Source: Paraspadella gotoi (taxonomy: Eukaryota; Animalia; Chaetognatha). Taken from it: 9,178 bases of DNA. Under the pieces are notes generated by a model that had not been told where the DNA came from, did not search any database, and saw only the letters and a list, made by a program, of their open reading frames with translations. The position numbers were made by a program, and so were the translations under genes. Within the stretch, counting starts at the first letter, position 1. Each line of letters starts with the position of its first letter. This document shows, piece by piece, positions 1 to 8,665 of the stretch. Location: NCBI GenBank assembly GCA_051294375.1, contig JBJCIZ010000406.1, positions 1 to 9,178 of the forward strand, given 5' to 3'.

Positions 1-1074
1 TATCTCTAAACAAAAGGATGTAAAAATGAAGAAAAAAAGAAAAAAATTTCTAAACTATTTCGCGACTTTTTTTTATTCAAAAAAAAATAAAATAACTATT
101 CCGTAAACCTCATTCATTTTTTTGATTTCCCTCTAACCTTGAATGGATTTACAAATCGCGAATTGTCTTAGACTGCGGCACAAAAAATTTAAGGAAAACT
201 AAAGCCATCATCTTTTTTTTTTAATCACGCCGCCGTCGACATCCCTCATAAAAATACAAACAAATACATAAAACAATTCAATTTTAATCGTCGCCCAGAA
301 ACGACTCGATCTTCGATCGTTTGCGTCGTAACCGGGAGTGATGACTCTAAGTCGAATTCGATCTTTGATCAACTACACTGCGACGCAAAAAAATTCCTGC
401 TCTAATCTCGAATCTCGATCGCGGTGTTAAATTTTTCCTTTGCGGCGCCATTTTTAATCGCCGGCGCCACCGCACAATCGTTTTTCGATTTTCGATCATC
501 ATCGTCGCAATCATAAGCGGACCAAATGATGACATACATTTCGATTAACTCTTTTTCGCGAATCGTCTCTCTCCCCCTGCGATCGCCTCGCGAAATTAGT
601 GACCGCCGCTACCGCACGATCACATAATCGAACTCGTTAACTTTATAAAGAAACTAAAAGCGAAATAAAAAGATTCTTTTCTCCCCTTCCTCTGACGTCG
701 ATTTATTTCTTTTTTCGTTTCGACCAAAAAGAAATCTTAAAACTCAAACCCTAGACGCCAAGTAGATAAGAAAAGACCCATTTGTTACTGAAGAATGCCA
801 ACTCCAAAAAAAAATTACCTCAACAGTTGCTATCGCCAGTCTCTTTATCCAAGAATCGACGTCGATCTTTTTCGCTCGCCGACCGCCCCCCCCTCGCCCC
901 GCACCAAAGAAAATTAAAAACAAAAATAAGCTAAATTCGAAAAAAAATAAATACAATGAAATTTTTTTCGCGCGAACTCGATCGCAGTTTAACCCCTAAT
1001 TCTATTCTTCTCTCTCTGTGTTCCTTATTCTTTTGGATTTGACAAATCACCGACGTCAATCACTTTCGTTCTAC

Positions 1075-1385
1075 CCCTCACCAGTGTTAATCACCACCGC
1101 TCGCTGTCAAGAAACTCGAAAATTTTAAGTTTTTCTTTCGATCGGAAACAAAAAATTGACAAAATTCGTCGTCACCTTTGATTCCGCTCTCCCCCCGTTA
1201 GTCATCGCGGCTCGCCGTAAAAAAAAAAAATTCGAAAAATAGATTTTGCGAAAACTCTCTCTCTATCTCGTCATCTTCATCATCTTTCTCTCTCACTCTC
1301 CCTCTCGCCCCGTTAATCATCACGACTCGCCGTAAAATAAATTCGAAAAATAGAGTTTTTACGAAAATTCTCTCTCTCTCTCTTA
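1075..1385. repeat. Degenerate tandem repeat, 3 copies, period ~111-115 bp
   Basis: The core GTTARTCAYC..CTCGCYGT..AAAYTCGAAAA starts at 1086, 1197 and 1312. Copies 2 (1187-1264) and 3 (1302-1382) align over ~78 bp and end in (CT)n. A possible fourth remnant lies near 1437-1452. Confidence 0.8.
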
Positions 1386-1432
1386 CGAAGAAACAAAAGA
1401 AAAAAAAAACTTTTCCGATAAATTCGAACCGT

Positions 1433-1555
1433 CAACCTCTCCCCGCTAACCCACTCCCCTCAAAGAATCTCCCCAATCTGATGGCCCCATTCTCCTCGGC
1501 GAATTCCCCTCCAGCTCCGAGTGAAAAGGTCGAAAGGATGAGAGCCGAAACTTTC
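1433..1555 (+). other. Possible short exon ending at a consensus splice donor
   Basis: GC-richer open frame QPLPANPLPSKNLPNLMAPFSSANSPPAPSEKVERMRAETF (ATG at 1481) is followed immediately by GTAAGT at 1556-1561. No partner exon was identified. Confidence 0.25.
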
Positions 1556-1577
1556 GTAAGTTTTAATTTTCCTTCCG

Positions 1578-1681
1578 TGTCAACGGTCATCGCCAATGAC
1601 AACTGTCATCTTTTTGCCGACTCTTGTCGATTGTCATTTCTGACAATCTGTCAGTAACTGACGCAAATGAGCAATTTGTCA
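1578..1681. promoter_or_regulatory. Cluster of seven TGACA/TGTCA motifs (TALE-homeodomain-type sites)
   Basis: Motifs start at 1578, 1597, 1604, 1632, 1641, 1649 and 1677. They include inverted pairs TGACA-ac-TGTCA (1597-1608) and TGACA-atc-TGTCA (1641-1653). Confidence 0.45.
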
Positions 1682-1787
1682 TTTAATGCAAAAAATGCCT
1701 TCTGAGGCGAAAGCTGTTTAATGAATCTCCTTTCTGTTTTCGGTGGCGAGTGCAACGTCTCCCGAGCTCTCCCGTTAGCCAGCGTGA

Positions 1788-1799
1788 CGCCATCTAGCG
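1788..1799 (-). promoter_or_regulatory. CTCF-like motif
   Basis: CGCCATCTAGCG reads CGCTAGATGGCG on the minus strand, matching the bilaterian CTCF core (YAGRTGGCG). It also contains the YY1/Pho core GCCAT. Confidence 0.45.
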
Positions 1800-2401
1800 C
1801 CAAATTTGTGTGAGTTGTTGTTGTTGTTGTTTCTCCCCCCCTCTCAGCTCTCTTCTTCTTTTTTTCTATCTCATTACTGAAAGTCATTAAGTTGATCTCG
1901 ACTTTTAATTTTATTTTAAGATTGCACCTGCATACAGGGACTCTTTAAGAAAATTTTGGTCGGTCAGTCAAAAATTCTAATAAGTGCTATTAAACCATAA
2001 TAAAGCACTTAATTTGATTATAAAACACTTTTCTAAAGCCTCAGCAGCCTATTAAGTTCATCTTACTTCTGTAAACATTTCAGTTATTACTTAAAGCTAC
2101 CAATATATTTGTCTTTACAGCCCAGTTTATCACTATATCAGTACAAATTTATCAATAATTCTATTCAATACTTCCACAATTTCTTTCGTTTTTAGTGTGC
2201 ACATTTGAATAAACAAATTTGTTTAAAGCAGATTCAAAAGCTCCTTTGTCCATACTGTTAGTCATTTTACAGAAAACAAACATTTTAATTCCTGCCACTT
2301 CAACTCTTAAAAAAACAATTTGCCATTTTCTTATAATATTGCAAAAAATGTCAAATTAAATTTACCAAGTTTTGTAGTCAAGCTAAACTGAAAATAACAA
2401 T

Positions 2402-3664
2402 ATGGCAAGTAAAATCAAAACAATCTTTTTAGGGCAAAAGATTTTCCTGGTTTTAATAATGATTACTCATGCTTTGCTGAATATATCCAAGCACTCAAGA
2501 CCTTTGTGAACTTTTTTCTTTCAAGAGGATGTGCTGAGCAGTATGTGACAGAACAGCTCTTCTTACATGTCTCACAAAGCACATTGGGCCGAAGTTTCTT
2601 CATGAATTTGCAGCAAATGGCCTTGACAGGAAACAACCATCCTCACGAGTCTTTGAGATTATTGAGTTATGTGATTTTGATCACAAATGTTTAAGTGGTC
2701 ATGAGATCTTCAACAAAATGACTATGAAAGAAAAAGAAGACCCAGCAGAATTCATGTGCCGCTTAGAAAGATGTTATTCTGCTTACAGCAAGGAATTTGA
2801 GACTCCACACTTTCCATATGGCAGGATACGCAAGATCAGAACCAGGTTCATTGAAGGTGGAAATTTTCCAAAATGGATGCTGATAAACTTAGACAGTTTG
2901 GCGACCTTAACGATATGGTTCTCACGTGCAAACAGTATCTAAAAATAGAAAAAGAAAAGAATAAAAAACTGTTTAAACAACAGCACCAGAGATTAACCCA
3001 ACCCAAGCAACAGCAACGGCAACAGCAATTACTACAAAGCCCTCCTATACTCAAAACTTTCCCTATGGTTTATCCACAGCAGTCTTTAGGCAGGAAAAAC
3101 TTTCAAAGGGACCAAAGCTATCACTGCAAAGAGTATGTCAATCCAGAGCTAAAATCGCCTGAACCAGAGTTTAAAGCTGATAATATGAAAACAAACCCAG
3201 GCTACCAACAGCCAAATGTAAATATGAAAAAGTCCAAAAATAGCAATGTGGAGACAGAATTTAGCTTTTCAGACCAGACCAAACCCCTAATAAAGCCTTT
3301 CCAGAAAAACAAAGATCAAAGGATCCAAACTACTAGGAATGAGGCTACTAGACATGATATGAAAAGCAGGTTAAGCTTAAAAAGAAGAAAAGGAAAGGTG
3401 AACACTTCAGCAAAGTGTGACAAACCACTGAAAGAATTTCAAGAGCACACAAAACCTTGTGCTACAAAGGGATATAAGGTTATAGACAGAACATCTCAAA
3501 ACCACAAAATCCCATCTTTGAACAATGCTAACTTAAACATTTTCCTCTTAGCCTTATTGATGGGCCAAATGAAACCAAGCAATATCTTAACTAACCTGCA
3601 ACAGAAGTTAGCAGTGCACTGTTTAGCAAATTCTTGGCCAGTGCAGACAATAGCCCAGGCTTAG
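2402..3664 (+). pseudogene. LTR-retroelement Gag/capsid-like gene, ~420 aa after repairing three -1 frameshifts (pseudogene or assembly indels)
   Basis: ATG at 2402. Frame segments join as MASK../RAKDFPGFNNDYSCFAEYIQALKTF (Gag N-terminal P-x-F pattern) /..HEIFNKMTMKEKEDPAEFMCRLERCY (major-homology-region-like Q..E.V.EF..RL) ..KIRTRFIEG (F-x-x-G of the capsid C-terminal domain) /MDADKLRQFGDLNDMVLTCKQYLKIEKE. A Q/K-rich low-complexity tail follows to TAG at 3662-3664. Shifts fall within 2411-2430, within 2538-2691 and near the A-run at 2870-2873. This merges ORFs 2506-2694, 2718-2942 and 2873-3664. Confidence 0.65.
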
Positions 3665-3726
3665 CATCCAGCTACAAGCAAATGATGTGATAATTATGAT
3701 CAAAGCAAAAACAATGAATTATGTTG

Positions 3727-3735
3727 TTTAATAAA
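3727..3735. terminator. Overlapping bidirectional polyadenylation signal
   Basis: TTTAATAAA gives AATAAA on + (3730-3735, ~65 nt after the gag stop) and ATTAAA on - (3732-3727, ~27 nt after the TAG at 3762-3760). Confidence 0.5.
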
Positions 3736-3759
3736 TGATAAGAAATTGATGAGTCTACA

Positions 3760-4815
3760 CTATGCCCACCTGGGAGTTGCAACAATTGTAAAAGTGAGAG
3801 AATGTGGAGGGCTCTCAAGAATTAGTTTCACTGGAAATTCATCGTCTGTCAGGCAGCCAGGCATTCACAATCAGGCAACAATAGAGGAGCAGAGCAAGCC
3901 CTTTTGCAATCGGTACCACTGGGAGACCAGGTGATTGCCTCTGGAAACCAAACCCCTGGAAAGAAAATGGCCGTGTTCATGCTCCTCCCTCATCAAAATA
4001 GAATAGAACATAAGGCACACTTCGGCAAGTTTTTCCAGCAAATGTAGGTCAGAGGGCCCCTGAATCTGCATTCGTGACATTGCGACCCGAGACGTCTCCA
4101 ACAGTGCCACACATTCACTTTTTCTGTTCATTAAAGACACGCCAAACACAGATTTTGGTAGCTACATTCAAATTTGATTCATGAGGAGCAAAAGCCCTCA
4201 CTTTTCATGATACATTGAATGAGTCATTAAGCTCATGAACTCAGATTTCGATTTTTGAAAATTTGATTCAACATTTACCCTATGAGGAAAAATGCCTCCA
4301 TTCTTCATTAAATCTCTATGAATAGTTCCTAGAATTCATCATTTTGCCTGAAAAGTGAAATTCAAGCCGTGAACTTGATATGGAATTGAGATGGAATTCT
4401 CATACTTGAGGATGATGACAAGTTTGCCTTTTACGTCTGCTCTAAGTTTTGGCAATGCTGCTACGCCTTTCTGGGTTTAGATGAAGTTTCATTCTTATCT
4501 TATTCCTTTAGCTTTCTTGAGAGCAATAGCTTTTGTTTTTGTAATTGTTTTTGTTGTTAATGGAAATAATTTGCCTGGACTCTCTCCTTCCATCTGCCAT
4601 CATCCGCCAAGGCCACCAGCCTGCTTCACAAAGACAAAGATCCCCCTCTGAATGCCCCATCGTCTGGTTTGAAATTTTGTGTCCCCATTGCACTGTATTG
4701 ATATGTTTTGCTGTCACTAACAAAAACTGCCGCCATAAAGGTGGAGGTGCCTTGTAACATTAGCTTTTGTGCGCCGGAATAGCTTATAGTTTATCAAACC
4801 TCTCTGCCCACAACC
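3760..4815 (-). pseudogene. Frameshift-disrupted terminal coding exon of an unknown protein
   Basis: This block is GC-richer than its flanks and starts right after a polypyrimidine tract plus TAG acceptor (AG at 4817-4816). Successive protein-like frames include VAALPKLRADVKGKLVIILKYENSISIPYQVHGLNFTFQAK, LGTIHRDLMKNGGIFPHRVNVESNFQKSKSEFMSLMTHSMYHEK, the 92-aa ORF 3871-4149 and GCLTDDEFPVKLILESPPHSLTFTIVATPRWA*. ATTAAA follows the stop. The exact frame path is ambiguous and no family was recognised. Confidence 0.45.
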
Positions 4816-4904
4816 CTAGACAAATTAAAAAAAGAAAAAAGAATAAAAAAATTATAGTAGCTTATTTTTTAAATTTTATTATTCATGTTCCTTATGCTTT
4901 TTAC
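4816..4904 (-). other. Putative 89-nt intron
   Basis: Donor CG|GTAAAA (GT at 4904-4903), an AT-rich body, a long T-rich tract and acceptor TCTAG| (AG at 4817-4816). Confidence 0.4.
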
Positions 4905-5278
4905 CGCTGATGATTATATTTTCTTAGATTCACAACAGCTTTATAAGTATGATCATTACTGTTTTTTTCTAAAATGCTGATAATTAATGGACGTTCTTGT
5001 ATTTTTTATTTTTCCATAACGTCCACATTATTATTAAAATTTTCATTATATTCTGCTCCTACTGACGATACCACTTCCTCAACAGTCATTCTTTTAATAT
5101 TTAGTAGATATTTATTCACATCAGCCTTTATTAAGTTTTTGTTACTACTGCTATTTTCTTTAACTTTCCTAGAGCTGATGAATAATAATATTTGTGTACT
5201 TTGACATCAGCATTTTACTATTTCCATCACTGTTAATTCTATTACCTCCAAAATAATTCCTTTAAATTTCTGTAAATA
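4901..5278 (-). pseudogene. AT-rich coding-like frame with two in-frame stops, possibly an upstream exon of the 3760-4815 gene
   Basis: One frame reads YLQKFKGIILEVIELTVMEIVKC*CQSTQILLFISSRKVKENSSSNKNLIKADVNKYLLNIKRMTVEEVVSSVGAEYNENFNNNVDVMEK*KIQERPLIISILEKNSNDHTYKAVVNLRKYNHQR*. Internal stops are at 5209-5207 and 5008-5006. So few stops is unusual in DNA this AT-rich. Confidence 0.35.
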
Positions 5279-5990
5279 TGTGTCGTTTCCCTATGTCGTA
5301 ATTTTGCCGAGACCTTAAGATAATTATTTAGTTAGTTTTTTTGACAATCTATAAAGTTAGAATTGTCCCATTCATCAAACTACAGTTTTACAGGATTATT
5401 TAATAAGTTATTTCACAGAGTACATTGAACTATAACTGGTATTAAATGTGATTTTCAAATGTGGCCAAAATTTTTTAATACTGATAACTTAATCTTTCAT
5501 TTTATTATTTGAAATAAAAAAATAATAAAAAATATAAAACAATAATTAAAAAAAACAGTGCCTAAAAAAACTAGTATAAATTTGGTACAACAATAAAAAT
5601 ATTAGATTTTTATTTTTATAAATAAGCAACTTATCTCTGGTTTTTTTAAAATATTTATAAATATTCTGCAAAAATAGAATCTGAGAAATATTAATTGGTT
5701 TCAAAAAATTTTAATTTTAGTATTAAATCTAGCTGATAAAAAAAATATTTTTTTTTTGAATCTGTCCTTATATAATTTTTTATTTTGATAGGTCGGATTT
5801 GAAATTAAAATTTGATTAAAATACTTGCTAAAAAGTTAATAAAAAAAAAATAATATAAAAAGCTATTGATTTTATTGGATAACATTTTAATACAGAATTA
5901 TAGAAATCTCAAATATAAAACTTATTTTCCAAAAGCTTCCCATTTTGGATTAAATTTATAATTAAGAAAGTTTTCATTAATTTAAATAAA

Positions 5991-6087
5991 GGTTATTGGG
6001 GTTATAGTTATGGATTATATTATGGTTAAAGATTTCGTGTTAAGGATTAAGTTAAGGTATGGTTTTTAAAGTTATAAAGATTAGGCT
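5991..6087 (+). repeat. Degenerate (GGTTAN)n-like low-complexity tract
   Basis: Recurrent GGTTA/GATTA/AGTTA units with 5-8 nt spacing and strong G/T strand skew. Confidence 0.4.
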
Positions 6088-6159
6088 TCAGGAACAGGAA
6101 ATGGGCCGCTTTTTTGGAAAGATCAATGTTCTCTCAGATATGTTCATTCGTTAGGATTC

Positions 6160-6260
6160 AGGACCGCGACTGATAATCCTCCAAACCGTACTCGAAATGT
6201 TTGTTTGAAAAGTTCACGCAGTTTCGTCCATCGCGATGTCGCCATCTGTCGTTGGCGAAA
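6160..6260 (-). promoter_or_regulatory. Small CpG-rich island, candidate promoter/insulator of the minus-strand gene
   Basis: CTCF-like CGACAGATGGCG (- strand, 6251-6240), perfect palindrome CATCGCGATG (6229-6238), TCGCCA/TGGCGA inverted repeat (6239-6244/6253-6258) and initiator-like TCAGT on - (6173-6169). Confidence 0.35.
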
Positions 6261-6722
6261 AAAAAACAAAAGATCAACGCGGGATAAAAATATTATAAAA
6301 TATATATAAATAATCAATAAAAAATTAAAATATAAAAAAACCCCAAATATTTCAAATTAAATCAGCCTTTAGCTTTGCTTTCCATAATGAAAATTGAGAG
6401 ATAAAAAAAGTTGATGGGACCTTCCTTGTATTTCAAGGAGAAAACTGATTTTATATTTTAACCTTATGGATGAAAGTCAAAAAGCCTTTTTAAATATCGC
6501 GACTTTTCTGAAATAAAACTGATTAACTTTATAAGAAGAGTTTTATTTATATTCTAAAAAAAACATTTAGATTTGAAACTACAAATCTTGCTTTAATGAA
6601 GTCTCGAAAAAAAATTACATAAACTAAATATTCTTAGATAAATTCATAAATTAATGGAATATAATAGTTTAATGCCGATATAGTTTTTTCATTCTCTGTT
6701 AGAGGGCTACTAATTCTCTTAC

Positions 6723-6804
6723 CCCTGTGGCAATAAGAGCATGCATTCCCTTGTTCCTACCAAGTGCCCTTAGAGACACTCTTATTAACAAATGTGTCCC
6801 ATAT
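6723..6804 (-). CDS. Exon 5 of spliced minus-strand gene (82 nt; may instead run to TAA at 6701-6699 as the last exon)
   Basis: Branch-like TGACTAA (6815-6809) and acceptor AAACAG| (AG at 6806-6805). The frame is open and in phase with the previous exon: (K)YGTHLLIRVSLRALGRNKGMHALIATG. Donor GGG|GTAAGA at 6722. Read-through gives VRELVAL* followed by ATTAAA (6673-6668). Confidence 0.6.
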
Positions 6805-6867
6805 CTGTTTAGTCATCGAATTAAAAATCAATCAGCCAATAAATCAGTCGTGGTAGTCGTTTGTTTT

Positions 6868-7576
6868 TCGTCGTCGTTCGTCATCGATGTTGTCATCTTC
6901 GTCGTTCGTCGTTCGTCTTCGTCGTTCGTCGTCGTCTCTCACTTTTCGTCGTTCGTCGGTCTTCGTTCGTCGTCATCCTCTCACTTTTCGTCGTCGTCGT
7001 CATCTCGTCGTTCGTCGTCGTCTCTCACTTTCGTTGGTCAGTCGTCGTCATTGTCGTTCGTTCGTCATCTCTCACTTTTCGTCGTCGTCGTCGCGTCTTC
7101 TCTCACTTTCGTCGTCCGTCGTCGTCATCGATCGTTCAGTGTCAATCTCTCACTTTTCGTCGTCGTCGTCGTCGTCGTCTCTCACCTTTCGTCGTCGCGT
7201 CTCATCGTCGTCGTCGTATCATCTTCTAAAAACTTTTCGTTCGTCGTCGTTCGTCGTTCGTCTCTCACTTTTCGTCGTCGTCGTCGTCATCGTCGTTCGT
7301 CGTCATCTCTCACTTTTCGTCGTCGTCGTCGTCGTCGTTCTCTCACCTTTTGTCGTCGTTCGTCGTCGTTCGTCGTCGTCTTCTCAGCTTTTCGTCGTCG
7401 TTTCGTCGTTCGTCGTCGTCGTCGTCGTCGTCGTCTCTCACTTTGTCGTCGTCGTTCTCTCACTTTTCGTCGTCGTCTCGGTCTCTCACTTTTTCGTCAT
7501 CGGTCGTTCGTCGTCGTCGTCTCTTGCCACTTTCGTCGTCGTCGTCGTCGTCGTCGTCGTCCTCTCACTTTTCGTC
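6868..7576. repeat. Intronic compound minisatellite: (TCG)n/TTCG tracts punctuated by TCTCACTTTT
   Basis: 14 CTCAC-containing units, counting the terminal one at 7564-7568, plus several degenerate ones. Units are separated by variable numbers of TCG triplets. Confidence 0.95.
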
Positions 7577-7675
7577 CCAAGTTGAATTAAATTCTTTGAT
7601 CGACTTTGACATGGGACGAGGAAGATGGGACATGTCGCCTTTGCTGGGGACTCCCATGCGGCGCATGGTTCGTAG
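7569..7675 (-). CDS. Exon 4 of spliced minus-strand gene (107 nt)
   Basis: Unique-sequence island between two repeat fields. It has a (CT)-rich tract plus ACAAG| acceptor (AG at 7677-7676) and donor AAA|GTGAGA at 7568. The open frame is LRTMRRMGVPSKGDMSHLPRPMSKSIKEFNSTWDE(K). Confidence 0.6.
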
Positions 7676-7680
7676 CTTGT

Positions 7681-7850
7681 AAGAAGAGAAGAGAGGAGAG
7701 AGAGAGAGAGAGAGACGAGGAGAGAGATGAGGAGAGAAAGAAGAAGAATAAAAGAAAGAAAGAAAAAGAAAGATAGAGATACAGAGAGAGATTAAAGAGA
7801 GTAAAACAAGAAAGAAAGACAAGACGAGGAGAGGTTAGAGAGATAGAGAA

Positions 7851-7885
<35 letters not shown>

Positions 7886-7918
7886 GAGAGAGAGAAATAA
7901 ATAAAGAATGAAAAGGAC

Positions 7919-7954
<36 letters not shown>

Positions 7955-8196
7955 GAGGGAGAGAGAGAGAGAGAGAAAGAAAGAAAAAAGAAAGAAAGAA
8001 AAAAAAAAAAAGAAAGATAGAGACACAGAGAGAGATTAAAAAGAGAGTAAAAACAAGAAAGAGAGAAAGACAGCAGAGAGAGGTAGAGAGATGGAGAAAG
8101 AGAGAGGAGAGAGAGAGAAAAAAATAATGAAGACAGATAGAAAGAGGAGAAGAGAGAGAGAGAGATAGAGAGAGAGAGCAGGGGAAAGAGGAGAGT
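7681..8196. repeat. Intronic polypurine (GA)n field with a ~246 bp higher-order duplication
   Basis: Almost purely A/G on the + strand. AGATAGAGAYACAGAGAGAGATTAAA..GAGAGTAAAACAAGAAAG occurs at ~7771-7814 and ~8015-8061. Confidence 0.9.
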
Positions 8197-8247
8197 TTTT
8201 ATATCGGTTATGTTTTTTGAAAAAAATTCGCTCCTTTTAATTCTTAC

Positions 8248-8329
8248 CCCCATTATTCTTATCTGGCTCTATCAAGTAAGACGTGTCGTCCAGTGTTCTC
8301 CAGCACTTTGTCCAGTACGTACCATGGAG
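8248..8329 (-). CDS. Exon 3 of spliced minus-strand gene (82 nt)
   Basis: (CT)n tract plus CTCAG| acceptor (AG at 8331-8330) and donor GGG|GTAAGA at 8247. It reads PPWYVLDKVLENTGRHVLLDRA, needing one extra base near 8265 to continue as QIRIMG into exon 4. The alternative frame LHGTYWTKCWRTLDDTSYLIEPDKNNG is fully open. Confidence 0.6.
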
Positions 8330-8332
8330 CTG

Positions 8333-8342
8333 AGAGAGATGA

Positions 8343-8373
<31 letters not shown>
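8333..8373. repeat. (GA)n microsatellite serving as the polypyrimidine tract on the minus strand
   Basis: Near-perfect GA dinucleotide run abutting the acceptor at 8331-8330. Confidence 0.9.
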
Positions 8374-8374
<1 letters not shown>

Positions 8375-8433
8375 TTGATAATGGTGATGAAGATGATAGA
8401 AAAGCTTTTTGAAAATTATTATACTAAATATTT

Positions 8434-8665
8434 GAACAAACGACACGAACTAATGAACTAAAGAAGAGATATGAACAAACGAATGAACGAACAAGGAACT
8501 AACAAACGAATGAACGAACGAATGAAACGAAAAACAAACAAACGAATGAAAAAAGGGAGAAAAAAAACGAATGAACGAATTAACCAAACAAATGCACAAA
8601 AAACAAAATAATGAACGAACGAACAAAACAAATGAACGAATAAATGAACAATCAAAACGAATGAG
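8434..8665. repeat. Intronic AACG/AATG/AACA tetramer satellite
   Basis: Repeated AACAAACGAATGAACGAAC-type units. Confidence 0.85.

Noticed and set aside
347-535. 62-aa minus ORF; likewise 1651-1887, 2848-3054, 3746-3934, 4545-4757 and 4974-5204
   Set aside because: These are short with no motifs. Several are antisense shadows of better-supported frames or cross microsatellites.
744-956. Minus-strand exon ending ..WIKRLAIATVE at GAG|GTAATT (818)
   Set aside because: The donor is good, but there is no clear acceptor or partner exon and the rest of the ORF is low complexity.
5991-6087. Telomeric repeat array
   Set aside because: It is too degenerate, with no run of perfect TTAGG/TTAGGG units. 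It is kept only as a low-complexity tract.
1560-6300. Complete LTR retrotransposon around the gag-like gene
   Set aside because: No pair of long direct repeats, no convincing primer-binding site or polypurine tract, and no protease/RT (YxDD)/integrase motifs were found.
6868-7576. CRISPR-like repeat-spacer appearance
   Set aside because: The conserved unit is only ~12 nt, the spacers are TCG triplets rather than unique sequence, the context is eukaryotic and there are no cas genes.
6727-7682. Long + strand ORFs (287, 122, 232 and 110 aa) rich in S/V/R
   Set aside because: They are translations of the stop-free (TCG)n minisatellite in all three frames. Splice signals indicate the real gene is on the minus strand.
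7565-8655. Minus and plus ORFs rich in L/S/F or R/E
   Set aside because: They are produced by (GA)n and AACG/AATG repeats. Only the short unique exon portions are credible.
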